Origin: an uncultured Clostridia bacterium
GTDB lineage: Bacteria > Bacillota > Clostridia > Christensenellales > Borkfalkiaceae
DNA: 64,000 nt
Assembly: GCA_964550125.1 (NCBI GenBank)
Contig: CAZJWC010000006.1
Coordinates: 6,450-70,449, forward strand
Direction of reading: 5' to 3'
The notes under the pieces: generated by a model
What the model was told of the DNA's origin: nothing
The model's database searches: none
The model's input: only the letters and a program-made list of their open reading frames with translations
Position numbers and translations under genes: made by a program
Part shown: piece after piece, positions 43,860 through 53,586 of the stretch
How positions within the stretch are numbered: the stretch's first letter is position 1
Layout: each line of letters begins with the position of its first letter

Positions 43860-44174
43860 ATGAAAGAGATTGACTATGATGAAGTGATAAACCGATTTGG
43901 ATATTTTAGAAATAAGGCAAATTTATCAGCAAGAGAGTTGAGTGGAAGATTAGGCTTTAATCCTCAATTTGTATCTACTATTGAAAGCAAAAAGATTGAA
44001 TTGAAAGTTAGTACGCTTTTAAAATTTTGTGAGGTGGTTGACATTACATTACAAGATTTTTTCTATTTAGGAAAGGATTACAACAAGGAAGATAAAAACC
44101 TTATTGAACTTTTTTCAAGTTTATCTACTGAAAATAAAAATACGATTATTGACTTGATGAAAAAATTAAAATAA
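43860..44174 (+). CDS. XRE family helix-turn-helix protein
   Basis: HTH region NLSARELSGRLGFNPQFVSTIESKK. GGAGGG RBS. Confidence 0.72.
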   Translation: MKEIDYDEVINRFGYFRNKANLSARELSGRLGFNPQFVSTIESKKIELKVSTLLKFCEVVDITLQDFFYLGKDYNKEDKNLIELFSSLSTENKNTIIDLMKKLK

Positions 44175-44180
44175 TACTTA

Positions 44181-44206
44181 ACCGAGGAATTATCCTCGGT
44201 TTTTTG
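44181..44206 (+). terminator. intrinsic terminator
   Basis: ACCGAGGA-ATTA-TCCTCGGT followed by TTTTT. Confidence 0.85.
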
Positions 44207-44250
44207 TTGCACCTAAACTTTTGATTTTTATAAATTATTAAGCAAAATAA

Positions 44251-44279
44251 TTGACTTAAATTTTTTAATATTGTACAAT
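44251..44279 (+). promoter_or_regulatory. sigma-A type promoter for rpsF-ssb-rpsR
   Basis: TTGACT (44251-44256), 17 nt, TACAAT (44274-44279). Confidence 0.6.
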
Positions 44280-44285
44280 AGCAAT

Positions 44286-44352
44286 ACGGCGAAAAAGCGA
44301 GAACCTTGCGTATCTAGTGATACGCCGAATAAGACCGGGAGGTGCATTATTT
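44286..44352 (+). promoter_or_regulatory. structured rpsF 5' leader (candidate S6:S18 autoregulatory element)
   Basis: Outer stem CGGCG (44287-91) / CGCCG (44323-27) encloses two small hairpins (44297-44309 and 44311-44322), immediately before the SD GGGAGGTG. Confidence 0.45.
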
Positions 44353-44640
44353 ATGACTAAATATGAAATGCTTTACCTAATTGATTCAGCAGCATCTGAT
44401 GAAAAGAGAGAGTCAGTTATTGCTAAAATCGAAGGAACCGTTACTGCTTTTGGAGGCACTGTTTTATCAACAGATAAATGGGGCGTTAAAAAATTAGCTT
44501 ATCCCATTAAGTATAAGACAGAAGCTTACTTTGTTTTAATGACATTTGAAGCAGAAAGTACGGCATTGGTAGAACTTGACAGAATTTGTGGCATAACTGA
44601 CGAAATCGTTAGAAGAATGGTTACAAAATTGAGCAAGTAA
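44353..44640 (+). CDS. rpsF: 30S ribosomal protein S6
   Basis: MTKYEMLYLIDS...KWGVKKLAYPIKYK. ATG at 44353 follows GGGAGGTG. Confidence 0.95.
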   Translation: MTKYEMLYLIDSAASDEKRESVIAKIEGTVTAFGGTVLSTDKWGVKKLAYPIKYKTEAYFVLMTFEAESTALVELDRICGITDEIVRRMVTKLSK

Positions 44641-44661
44641 TATATAAGGAAAAGGGTATTT

Positions 44662-45063
44662 ATGAATAAGGTATTTTTGATTGGAAATTTAACAAGGGAT
44701 CCCGAATTAAGCGAAACAAGTAGTGGTATTAGTATGTGTCGTTTTTCAATAGCCGTAAATAGAGGCTTCGCTTCTGGCGACAATGAAAGAGAAACTGACT
44801 TTTTTAACATAACTGCTTGGCGTGGTGCTGCTGAAAATGTAGCAAAGTTTTGCAAAAAAGGAAATAAAGTTGCTGTAACTGGCTCAATCCAACTACACAA
44901 CTATGAAGATAAAGACGGAATTAAAAGAACAGCAGTTGATATTGTTGCATCTGAGGTTGAATTTTTATCTTCAAAATCTTCAAGCGAAGGGTATACACCT
45001 ACTTCAAAATCAAAACCTACCTTACAAGCCGTTGAAGATGACGATGAAGATGCACCCTTTTAA
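44662..45063 (+). CDS. ssb: single-stranded DNA-binding protein
   Basis: MNKVFLIGNLTRDPEL OB-fold N-terminus and acidic tail DDDEDAPF. Confidence 0.96.
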   Translation: MNKVFLIGNLTRDPELSETSSGISMCRFSIAVNRGFASGDNERETDFFNITAWRGAAENVAKFCKKGNKVAVTGSIQLHNYEDKDGIKRTAVDIVASEVEFLSSKSSSEGYTPTSKSKPTLQAVEDDDEDAPF

Positions 45064-45129
45064 TTATGAAGTACCGTCTATGCTGACGGTGTAATAGTTG
45101 GCAAATGGCCACAAATATGGAGGTTTATT

Positions 45130-45375
45130 ATGGAAGAAAAAACCGTTAAAAAGAGTTTTAAAAAAGTTCCTCGCAGAAAAGTTTGTGTTTTCTGTCTTGA
45201 AAAAGTAGAAGAAATCGATTATAAAGATACAAATCGTTTAAAGAAATTCATTACTGAGGGTGGAAAGATTTTACCCCGTAGAATGACTGGTGTTTGTGCA
45301 AAACATCAAAGAGAATTAACTTCTGCTATCAAAAGAGCAAGAATTGCTTCTCTTCTTCCCTTTAAAGGTGAATAA
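45130..45375 (+). CDS. rpsR: 30S ribosomal protein S18
   Basis: RRKVCVFC...[26 protein letters not shown]...[14 protein letters not shown]. Confidence 0.96.
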   Translation: MEEKTVKKSFKKVPRRKVCVFCLEKVEEIDYKDTNRLKKFITEGGKILPRRMTGVCAKHQRELTSAIKRARIASLLPFKGE

Positions 45376-45376
45376 G

Positions 45377-45416
45377 AAAAAACAAGCCGTTGCATACGCA
45401 ACGGCTTTTATTTTTT
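45377..45416. terminator. bidirectional intrinsic terminator
   Basis: AGCCGTTGC-ATAC-GCAACGGCT followed by TTTATTTTTT, with an A-run upstream, between convergent rpsR and the DUF819 gene. Confidence 0.85.
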
Positions 45417-46608
45417 AAATAATTAAAAATAATGAACCAAAGGCAACGCCTATAAAAGTGCCTATGGCAAGTCCAACTACTCCACAAATAATCCCAGCAG
45501 GAATAAGTTCGTCCTGTTTCAAAGCACTGGCAACAGGTTGAATAAAAGGAGGTCCATAAACTCCCGCAACAGAGGTAACAAGTGCTGTACCACCATCAAT
45601 CTTGAATAGTTTACAAAGCAATATGTGTAGCAAAATAGAAAGCAACATTATGATTGCCATAACGATAATCGTAGTTATTAAATCCTTCAATTTTGTAAAG
45701 TCTAAACACATTGCCAAGGAAATTGAAAACATTAAAACAAAGTACTGCCCTAGTTGATAACTACCCTTTGTTTCACGCACTTTTTTAACGCAAGAAAAAA
45801 GCAATCCTAAAACGGACACTCCAATCAAAAGCACTAACACCATTGATACGCCTTCAATAAAGCTATTAAGTAAAAGATATATTGCAAAGCACACCCCCAC
45901 ACAGCCTATTGCCAAAAGCAAGGTAAGTAAAAGTCCCTTTAACTTTTTGTTTTTTATTAAGAAGAAAAGAGAATCGTCATTATTTGTATATTTTTCAACA
46001 AATTCTTTTTCATTTTGGTTGTCCGTTTGCTCGTCCTCGCTTGTCAACTTCTTTTCCCCTAAAATCTTTTTGTATAATTTAGGAATAAAGGTTACAAGTC
46101 CCAAAAAGTAAACGCCTCCTATAATAACATCGCTAAAATTCGCAAAGTTTATAAGTTCAGTACTCGCACCCAAAGCACCACCTATTGCAACAAGGTTTGG
46201 TGTACCACCAGTATACAAACCAATCGCCATTGCACTTATGTATGCTGAAATTTCAGGGTTTATTAAATCGACTATAAAAAAGGTTGCTGTACAAACTACG
46301 ATAACGCTTACACAAATAAGCAAAAAGGAAATTGATACACTCTTTGCTAATCCTTTAACACTTTTTAAACTAAACCCAAAAAGAATTAAAGGCAAGGAGA
46401 TTGCCACAAAAATATAAGCAACCGTTTCCATAAGTTCTTTATCGTATAAATTTCCATTGAAGTTAATTAAGGCAATAATAATACCGGTAAAGTAACATAG
46501 CCCAACCGAACCTATTGTCCTTAAAAATTTTGATTTAGTTGTTCCCCACATCCATAACGCAGGTAGGGCTAGCACCAAAACTAACCCTATAATCGTTCCT
46601 ATCATCAT
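45415..46608 (-). CDS. polytopic membrane protein (DUF819-like)
   Basis: 397 aa with ~10 TM segments, split by an acidic loop. GGTPNLVAIGGALG motif. Family call from memory only. Confidence 0.5.
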   Translation of the reverse strand: MMIGTIIGLVLVLALPALWMWGTTKSKFLRTIGSVGLCYFTGIIIALINFNGNLYDKELMETVAYIFVAISLPLILFGFSLKSVKGLAKSVSISFLLICVSVIVVCTATFFIVDLINPEISAYISAMAIGLYTGGTPNLVAIGGALGASTELINFANFSDVIIGGVYFLGLVTFIPKLYKKILGEKKLTSEDEQTDNQNEKEFVEKYTNNDDSLFFLIKNKKLKGLLLTLLLAIGCVGVCFAIYLLLNSFIEGVSMVLVLLIGVSVLGLLFSCVKKVRETKGSYQLGQYFVLMFSISLAMCLDFTKLKDLITTIIVMAIIMLLSILLHILLCKLFKIDGGTALVTSVAGVYGPPFIQPVASALKQDELIPAGIICGVVGLAIGTFIGVAFGSLFLII

Positions 46609-46620
46609 TTTCCCGTCCTC

Positions 46621-47724
46621 TTAAATTTCTAAACCGTACAAACGGTATATTCTATACAACTGTCCACCTGCCTGCTTTACTGCATTATTTGATTGAACGT
46701 TGTTTTCTACTATCGTGCCTGCCTCAATATAACACATATTTTTATCAATCGCTGTCTTGAAAGTTTCTGTATATAGGCAACCCAAGACGCCTTTCCCTTG
46801 ATAAGCGGGAATAACATATTGCAATATACCACGCATTGAGTTAATCTTTTTACGATATCTCAAACCTTTAATTAATGAAAAGATATTTGTTTTTCCTTTC
46901 ATCCGTTTAAAAACTTGGTTTAAGTCTGGCACGGACATAACAAACCCAATAGGCAACATATCTCTAGTTCGATATGCAAGTTTGATAAAGTCAAAATCAA
47001 CGAAAGATGAAAGTTCATTTGCAACCTGCAAAATCAAGTCCATTGAAGGTGCTTCTTGGTAATTAGTTTCAGTTGATGCCTCCCTCATAATATACTCAAT
47101 CGCACGCAAGTTTTCCTCATTATTCTCATAAGACTTAATAGTAATCCCCAACATTTTCTGCACACGAAAACTCATATTGACATATCTATCATAATCAAAC
47201 TTTGTTAAATCAATCTTGTATGAAAAGGTATCTAGACTTTTTGAAAAACCATACCCCTCAATTAAGTTTGCATAATAGGGTGGATTATAAGAAGTTAAAA
47301 TTATGGGTGGAGCATTAAACTCATTTATAAGCATACCCCTTCTGTTGTCAGGGTCGGCACAAAAAAATGGACCTTCAAGATAATTAACTCCCTGTTTTTT
47401 CAAATCCTTAACCATAAAATCAAACATCATATTTGAAGCAAGTTGACTATTCGTACACTCATACAAAGCAAAAAAGCCACTCTTTTCAAATTCTTGTTTG
47501 TGCTTATTTCTACTGATGGTATAAACAAGTCTTGCAATAATTTTCCCCTCATCCTCAATCATCAACCCCACATACGACTTATCAACGAAAAGCAATTTTT
47601 TTAGCGTTTTCATTAAATCTTTGTGCATATAAGGGACATAATTTTCATCGCTCTTATAAATTTTATCTGCCATTAAAACAAACTGTTTAATTTGATTTTT
47701 CTTCTCAATTTTAATTAATTTCAT
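46621..47724 (-). CDS. GNAT-fold protein, two-lobed, unknown substrate
   Basis: 367 aa. Motif-A-like VIPAYQGKGVLGCLY lies in the C-terminal lobe. Confidence 0.5.
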   Translation of the reverse strand: MKLIKIEKKNQIKQFVLMADKIYKSDENYVPYMHKDLMKTLKKLLFVDKSYVGLMIEDEGKIIARLVYTISRNKHKQEFEKSGFFALYECTNSQLASNMMFDFMVKDLKKQGVNYLEGPFFCADPDNRRGMLINEFNAPPIILTSYNPPYYANLIEGYGFSKSLDTFSYKIDLTKFDYDRYVNMSFRVQKMLGITIKSYENNEENLRAIEYIMREASTETNYQEAPSMDLILQVANELSSFVDFDFIKLAYRTRDMLPIGFVMSVPDLNQVFKRMKGKTNIFSLIKGLRYRKKINSMRGILQYVIPAYQGKGVLGCLYTETFKTAIDKNMCYIEAGTIVENNVQSNNAVKQAGGQLYRIYRLYGLEI

Positions 47725-47738
47725 CTTTTGCTAACCGT

Positions 47739-48377
47739 TTATAGTAGTTGTTTCATCTTTTCTATTGCTTCATTTCTATTCTCACAACCTATTTTTAAAT
47801 AAATTGAACTTATGTAGTTACGCGCCGTTCCATCACTTAACTTTAAAGCAGAGGAGATTTGCTTATTAGTGAATCCCTCATAAATCATAAGTGCAATCTC
47901 AATTTCTCTATCCGAAAAAGAAAAAGCCTTTTTCAGTTTTATCTCCCTGTCGTTAGAAACCATTGTTGCTGCACTTGCTATTTTTTTTGCAATACTCGTA
48001 GGCAAAATAGTATCTCCGTTATATGCACTCTTTATTGCATTTATCAATGATACAGCGTTTGTATCTTTAAGCAAATATCCGTTTGCACCGTTGTTTATTG
48101 CATTTAAAATATAGTCGCTATCGTCAAAAGTTGTAAGAATTATCACCTTTATTTCAGGAAACTTACTCTTGATTGCGTCAGTTGCAACAACTCCGTTCAT
48201 ATTAGGCATCCTAACGTCCATAAGCACGACGTCGGGGGAAAGTTCTTCACATTTATTTAATCCTTCTAATCCGTCCAAAGCGATACCAACAACAGACAAC
48301 TCCTCATCTGTTTGCAATACACTTTTTAATCCTTCGGCTAATAATTTTTGGTCATCAACAATTAAAACTTTTATCAT
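47739..48377 (-). CDS. NarL/LuxR family response regulator
   Basis: Receiver domain KVLIVDDQ...DVVLMDVRMPNMNG. LuxR HTH SDREIEIALMIYEGFTNKQIS. ATG at 48377 follows GAGG. Confidence 0.92.
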   Translation of the reverse strand: MIKVLIVDDQKLLAEGLKSVLQTDEELSVVGIALDGLEGLNKCEELSPDVVLMDVRMPNMNGVVATDAIKSKFPEIKVIILTTFDDSDYILNAINNGANGYLLKDTNAVSLINAIKSAYNGDTILPTSIAKKIASAATMVSNDREIKLKKAFSFSDREIEIALMIYEGFTNKQISSALKLSDGTARNYISSIYLKIGCENRNEAIEKMKQLL

Positions 48378-48413
48378 TTTTAACCTCATCAATAATTTGA
48401 TTCTATCACAAAT

Positions 48414-49640
48414 TTATTTCTTTTTCAATGGTAATATCAATTTTATTTCAAAACCTTCGTCCTTTTCTGCTGAAAAATTTATTTTTCCACCTAGTTTTTC
48501 AGCCTGTTGACGCATCTTTGAAAGTCCAAACCCCTCGACAATATTTTCTTCATCACATTTTCCGTTGTCCGTCAAAACAAATTGTAAAGTATTGTCAATT
48601 TGTTTTAGTTCAAAATAAAAAGCAGTGCTTTTCCCATGTCTTAAACCATTTGAAAGCCCTTCTTTTAAGGAAGAAATTATAAAAATTTCAACCTCTTTTT
48701 CTAAACTAATATCGTCAACGTCATACCTAATATTGATGTCGCAACTCGAACCAAAACTTTCTAAAATGTTTTTGATAGCACTACGCAAGGGAACATCTAC
48801 CTCTCTTGCAGAAAGATTGTGTACACTGTTGCGTAATTCTTGTAGGGCGTCTTTGGCTAAAATGTTTGAGTAAATTAGTTTTTCTTTTGCCTCAGCAGGA
48901 TTATTGTCAATCAACAGTTTTCCAGCCTCCGTTTGAGCAATAATTGTAGTAATGGAGTGTCCAACTACATCGTGAATTTCTTTTGAAATTCTATTCCTTT
49001 CTTCCAAAACGGTTACTTCTTCAAGTTTTTTATAAGCCTTTTGTAGTTTATCATTAACCTCTTGCAGTTCCTCAAGATTTTTTTCAATTATCTTATTTCT
49101 TTTGAACAATGCAATCGTAAGATTAAAAATAGTAAAATGAATTGCAAAGAAAATTAAATCGTTTGTCAACTGAGATACAATCCGTTGTACATCAAAACTT
49201 CTTGTAGGAGAAAGACTTGTAACCAAAACAAAACAAACTGCATATGACAAAAAACTTGATATACCCATTATCGTACGGGAATACCTTGAAGTTGCACTAT
49301 AATAGTATTCGGACAAAATAAGTATATAAACGGTTACAACGTAACTACTGCTTGAAAGTACAAGCATACCCAACATTACAAGCACATCAAAAACATACAA
49401 AACGAATCTTATGCGCGATTTTTGCAAAAGATAAAACTTGATAATAGTAGAAACAAGCAACGCACCGGCTAAAACAAACATATATATGGTTGCATCAGGA
49501 TTAAACTTGATTTCATAACCCGTTAAGATAAATAGCATCACAACAAGTGATGCTAATATTGACGCTCTTAAAATGGTATAAAAACTATATGATGATAGTT
49601 TTTTTATTAAGTTGTTATTACGCCATTTATTATTTTTCAT
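48414..49640 (-). CDS. HisKA_3 (LiaS/DesK-like) sensor histidine kinase
   Basis: About five N-terminal TM segments with almost no extracytoplasmic loop. H-box EIHDVVGHS, N-box LSNGLRHG, G-box GFGLSKMRQQAEKLGG. Confidence 0.88.
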   Translation of the reverse strand: MKNNKWRNNNLIKKLSSYSFYTILRASILASLVVMLFILTGYEIKFNPDATIYMFVLAGALLVSTIIKFYLLQKSRIRFVLYVFDVLVMLGMLVLSSSSYVVTVYILILSEYYYSATSRYSRTIMGISSFLSYAVCFVLVTSLSPTRSFDVQRIVSQLTNDLIFFAIHFTIFNLTIALFKRNKIIEKNLEELQEVNDKLQKAYKKLEEVTVLEERNRISKEIHDVVGHSITTIIAQTEAGKLLIDNNPAEAKEKLIYSNILAKDALQELRNSVHNLSAREVDVPLRSAIKNILESFGSSCDINIRYDVDDISLEKEVEIFIISSLKEGLSNGLRHGKSTAFYFELKQIDNTLQFVLTDNGKCDEENIVEGFGLSKMRQQAEKLGGKINFSAEKDEGFEIKLILPLKKK

Positions 49641-49641
49641 A

Positions 49642-51087
49642 TCAATTAAGTTTGCTAATTGCAAATTTTATTCTTCTAATAGTTTCGGCTTTACCTAAAA
49701 TATCAGCAACTTCAGTTGCACCACCAGCCGTTGACTCTTTTGCTGTAATTGCCACACGCACACACCAAAGAATTTGTCCGTTTTTCATACCTATCGATTG
49801 AGCAAGTTCAACCATTGAGGCATAGATTGAATCGTGGCAGAAATTTTCTTCATCAATCTTTTCAAGAGTTTTCAACGCTTCAGGCAATACTTGCTTTGCA
49901 ATCTCTATATCAGTTTTCATTTTTTTATGAGAATATAGTTCATTATCAAAATCACCATATTCCTCTAAAAAATTAACTTTTTCGGGGATTTCACTTAAAA
50001 TCTCTACTCTTGTTTTAACAAGTTTTACCAATTTTTCAAGGTCATAACCTTTATCAAAAACCTTACTCTTTTCAAAGAAAGGCATTGCTCTTTTTAAAAG
50101 TTCATCATTTGACATTTCCTTGATATATTCACCGGAAAGCCATCTTAATTTTGGTTCATCAAAAATTGATTGAGACTTTGAAATTCCGTCAAGGGAGAAT
50201 AATTGCTCCATTTCAGCGAGAGTCATCTTTTCAATATTACTTTTAGGACTCCAACCAAGCAAAGCAATATAGTTAATGATTGCCTCTTTAATATATCCCT
50301 TTTCTACAAGGTCTTGATAACTCGCATCGCCATTTCGTTTTGAAAGTTTTTCTCTGCTGTTTTTCATAATAGGAGGCATATGAATATAAACAGGCCTTTC
50401 CCAACCAAACGCATCATACATTAAATTGTATTTAGGCGTACTTGAAAGATACTCACTTCCACGGATAACGTGAGTGATATTCATCAAATGGTCGTCTATA
50501 ACATTTGCGAAGTTATAAGTAGGCATACCATCACTTTTAAGAAGTATTCCGTCTTCCATATCTTTATAGTCAACTGAAACATCTCCATAAACTAAATCGG
50601 TATATGAACCAGTGCCACTTTGAGGAATATTTTGGCGTATTACATAGGGAACGCCCGCATCAAGCTTTGCTTGAATTTCCTCTTTAGATAAATTTAAACA
50701 ATGCTTATCGTATTTACCAACACCATTTTCATCTTTCAAACTTTCAATACGCTCATTGTCGCAAAAGCAGTAATACGCTCCACCTAACTCAACCAGTTTA
50801 TGTGCATACTCTTGATAAATACTCTTTCTTTCACTTTGTATATACGGTCCGTAATTTCCACCAACATCAGGTCCTTCGCTATACATAATTCCTGCATCTT
50901 TTAAAGTATCGTATATAATTTGAACAGCACCGTCAACATACCTCTTTGAATCGGTATCCTCAAGCCTTAAAATAAATTCGCCACCCATTTTTTTTGCATA
51001 CAAATAGCCATATAACGCTGTACGAAGCCCTCCTACGTGTAAATAACCTGTGGGGCTTGGTGCAAATCTTGTTCTTACTACTGACAT
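49642..51087 (-). CDS. gltX: glutamate--tRNA ligase
   Basis: RFAPSPTGYLHVGG (HIGH) and KLSKRNG (KMSKS). Confidence 0.96.
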   Translation of the reverse strand: MSVVRTRFAPSPTGYLHVGGLRTALYGYLYAKKMGGEFILRLEDTDSKRYVDGAVQIIYDTLKDAGIMYSEGPDVGGNYGPYIQSERKSIYQEYAHKLVELGGAYYCFCDNERIESLKDENGVGKYDKHCLNLSKEEIQAKLDAGVPYVIRQNIPQSGTGSYTDLVYGDVSVDYKDMEDGILLKSDGMPTYNFANVIDDHLMNITHVIRGSEYLSSTPKYNLMYDAFGWERPVYIHMPPIMKNSREKLSKRNGDASYQDLVEKGYIKEAIINYIALLGWSPKSNIEKMTLAEMEQLFSLDGISKSQSIFDEPKLRWLSGEYIKEMSNDELLKRAMPFFEKSKVFDKGYDLEKLVKLVKTRVEILSEIPEKVNFLEEYGDFDNELYSHKKMKTDIEIAKQVLPEALKTLEKIDEENFCHDSIYASMVELAQSIGMKNGQILWCVRVAITAKESTAGGATEVADILGKAETIRRIKFAISKLN

Positions 51088-51102
51088 TTTTTACCTCTCA
51101 AT

Positions 51103-51825
51103 CTACTCTTTCTCTTTATAACTTGCAGCCACCTTTAAAGAATATTGTTTATTTATACTTTGCATTTTTCCTTCTAAAAAGTAACTGTATATTTCACCAT
51201 TTGAATAAATAACATGGTCGCAAAAGCGTATTCCGTTTATGTTGAATATTAGTGCCAACATCCTAGTTGCATTATCATCACTTGCAGAAGGTTTGACATA
51301 ACCACTTAAATGATTATGGGACACTATCGCCTGCGAACATTTATGGTCTGATATAAACTTTGACACCTCTTGAGGACTGATTGAAACCTCAGTGCGTTGA
51401 TTTTCAGTAAAACTTTTACATACCAAAAGTTTGCCGTTTTTGTCTAATAAAAATATATCAAACTGTTCGTGGTCAAGTACGCTATATCTATCTCTAATAA
51501 AATTTAAAACTTGATTTGAATTTATTAAAACTACGTCTTGCGTTTGACTTTTAATATAGTTTATCCTTTCCATACATAACGAGATTGTCTTTAAAAAGGC
51601 TGAACTTGTTTCGCCCATACCAACAACTTCCTTTAATTTGGAAACGTCTGCACTCATTACTCCTTGCAAATTCCCAAACGCATTGAGTAGGTTGTGAGCA
51701 ATATCGTTCGTATTCTTCCTTGGGAATACGCTATACAGCAAAATCTCTAAAACTTCGTGTTCAGCAAGAGATTCTGGATTCCTTTCTAATTTTTCACGCA
51801 TTCTTGCTCTATGCCCTTCGTGCAT
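51103..51825 (-). CDS. radC: RadC-like JAB domain protein
   Basis: HhH-like N-terminal part (LSDHEVLEILL-type: LAEHEVLEILLY). JAMM motif SHNHLSGYVKPSASD. ATG at 51825 follows GAGGA. Confidence 0.85.
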   Translation of the reverse strand: MHEGHRARMREKLERNPESLAEHEVLEILLYSVFPRKNTNDIAHNLLNAFGNLQGVMSADVSKLKEVVGMGETSSAFLKTISLCMERINYIKSQTQDVVLINSNQVLNFIRDRYSVLDHEQFDIFLLDKNGKLLVCKSFTENQRTEVSISPQEVSKFISDHKCSQAIVSHNHLSGYVKPSASDDNATRMLALIFNINGIRFCDHVIYSNGEIYSYFLEGKMQSINKQYSLKVAASYKEKE

Positions 51826-51935
51826 TTTTATCCTCGTTTGCAAAAATTTTTAAAAAACTATATTAAATATATTTTACCATATTTTTAAAAAAGTGTATAA
51901 TTATTTACACATATAAAAGCAAAAAAGGAAAATTT

Positions 51936-53207
51936 ATGGAAAAATATTTTGATGACGTTGTTGATAATATCATAGCAATAGTAAAATTTGACTCATCGCT
52001 CTCCCCTGCAAAAACCGGCAAACCTTTTGGTGAGGGTGCTTATGAAGCGTTAAATTATTTTCTTGATTTGGCAAAAGCACTTGGCTTTACTACTAAAAAC
52101 TACGACAACTACGCAGGTGAGGTTATATTTGAAGGAGAGTCGCCTGAATCAGTTGGTATACTTGCCCACCTTGATGTTGTACCTGCAGGAAACAACTGGA
52201 AACACAACCCATTTAACGCAACGATTGAAAACGACAAGATTTACGGACGAGGAACTGTTGACGATAAAGGACCTGCCATAATTTGCCTTTACTGCTTAAA
52301 GAGATTAAAAGACGAAGGATTTTTACCTAAAAAGACTATAAAACTAATTGTAGGTTGTGGAGAGGAAACTTCCTGCGATTGTATGAAACATTACGCTAAA
52401 CAAGTTGAAATGCCAACAGTTGGTTTTTCTCCTGATGCTGAATTTCCAGTAATCTATGCTGAAAAGGGAATACTTCATATCCGTTTTGACTTTAACTTGC
52501 CTAATGCACCTTTTACAATTTTAAACGGTGGCCAAAGTCCTAATATGGTTTGTGATTATTGCACAGCAAAGGGTAAGATAAACTACCCTTTACTTTCAAA
52601 ACACGGCTTAAAATTTGAAGATGACACTATTATCTCAAAGGGTAAATCAGCGCACGGCTCTACTCCTGAAAAGGGCAAAAACGCTATACTACCTATGCTT
52701 GAATATTTTTCAGTTTTCGATAGTAGAATCACTCCTATTATTCAGGCATTATTTGACGATATCTATTCATTAACACAAATAAAAGATGAAACGGGTTATT
52801 TGAGCCTTTCACCTAACATAATCAACTACGCTAACAATGTTTTGAGCATTGCTTGTGATATTAGATACCCTGCAACTTATAGTTATGAGCAAATTGAAAG
52901 ACTTTTGCTTTCCACTAAACTTGATTTTGCCGTTATTATGAAAAAAGAACCTCTTTTTGTTAACCAAGACAATCCCGTAGTACTAAAGTTGATGTCCGTT
53001 TACAATTCTCATGTTGGCAAAAATGAAAAACCCATTGCGATAGGTGGTGGAACTTATGCTAGATTTATAAAAGATTGCGTTGCTTTTGGTCCTATGTTTG
53101 AAACTGACGAACCAGTTATTCATCAAGCAGACGAATATATTTCATTTGAAAAAATTGATTTTTTATTAAAAGTTTATTATGATGCGATAAAATCACTTGC
53201 CCAATAA
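51936..53207 (+). CDS. M20 family dipeptidase (PepV/Sapep-like)
   Basis: GILAHLDVVPAG, GRGTVDDKGP, CGEE motifs. Confidence 0.88.
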   Translation: MEKYFDDVVDNIIAIVKFDSSLSPAKTGKPFGEGAYEALNYFLDLAKALGFTTKNYDNYAGEVIFEGESPESVGILAHLDVVPAGNNWKHNPFNATIENDKIYGRGTVDDKGPAIICLYCLKRLKDEGFLPKKTIKLIVGCGEETSCDCMKHYAKQVEMPTVGFSPDAEFPVIYAEKGILHIRFDFNLPNAPFTILNGGQSPNMVCDYCTAKGKINYPLLSKHGLKFEDDTIISKGKSAHGSTPEKGKNAILPMLEYFSVFDSRITPIIQALFDDIYSLTQIKDETGYLSLSPNIINYANNVLSIACDIRYPATYSYEQIERLLLSTKLDFAVIMKKEPLFVNQDNPVVLKLMSVYNSHVGKNEKPIAIGGGTYARFIKDCVAFGPMFETDEPVIHQADEYISFEKIDFLLKVYYDAIKSLAQ

Positions 53208-53305
53208 CAAATTTTCACAAACTTATAATCAATCCATAATAAAACCCGTAACTTAATATGTTACGATATACACAGTAAAATTTGTGGAGTATTTAAAGGA
53301 AAGTT

Positions 53306-53545
53306 ATGGAATTTAAAGACAGATTTAGAGAAATAAGAAAATCAAAAGGTTTTACTCAACAACAACTTGCTGATATGTTATTTTTAACAAAAATGGCAAT
53401 CAGTCATTGGGAAAAGGGTAACAGTGAACCTTCAATCTATCAATTAAAAACTTTAGCACATTATTTTAACATTTCCATTGATGACCTAGTAGGTTATGAT
53501 GAGGATGATACAAAACAAGAAGAAACAATGCCTTTAGCAAACTAA
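53306..53545 (+). CDS. XRE family helix-turn-helix protein
   Basis: KGFTQQQLADMLFLTKMAISHWEKG. Confidence 0.75.
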   Translation: MEFKDRFREIRKSKGFTQQQLADMLFLTKMAISHWEKGNSEPSIYQLKTLAHYFNISIDDLVGYDEDDTKQEETMPLAN

Positions 53546-53553
53546 TTGATAAA

Positions 53554-53586
53554 GAAAAAAACCAACGCATAGCGTTGGTTTTTTTA
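53554..53586. terminator. bidirectional intrinsic terminator
   Basis: ACCAACGC-ATA-GCGTTGGT flanked by AAAAAA and TTTTTTT. Confidence 0.85.

Noticed and set aside
44526-44900. 124-aa ORF antisense to rpsF/ssb, and the 161-aa ORF at 58054-58539 antisense to map
   Set aside because: They are shadow ORFs inside highly conserved genes, with no RBS or domain signal.
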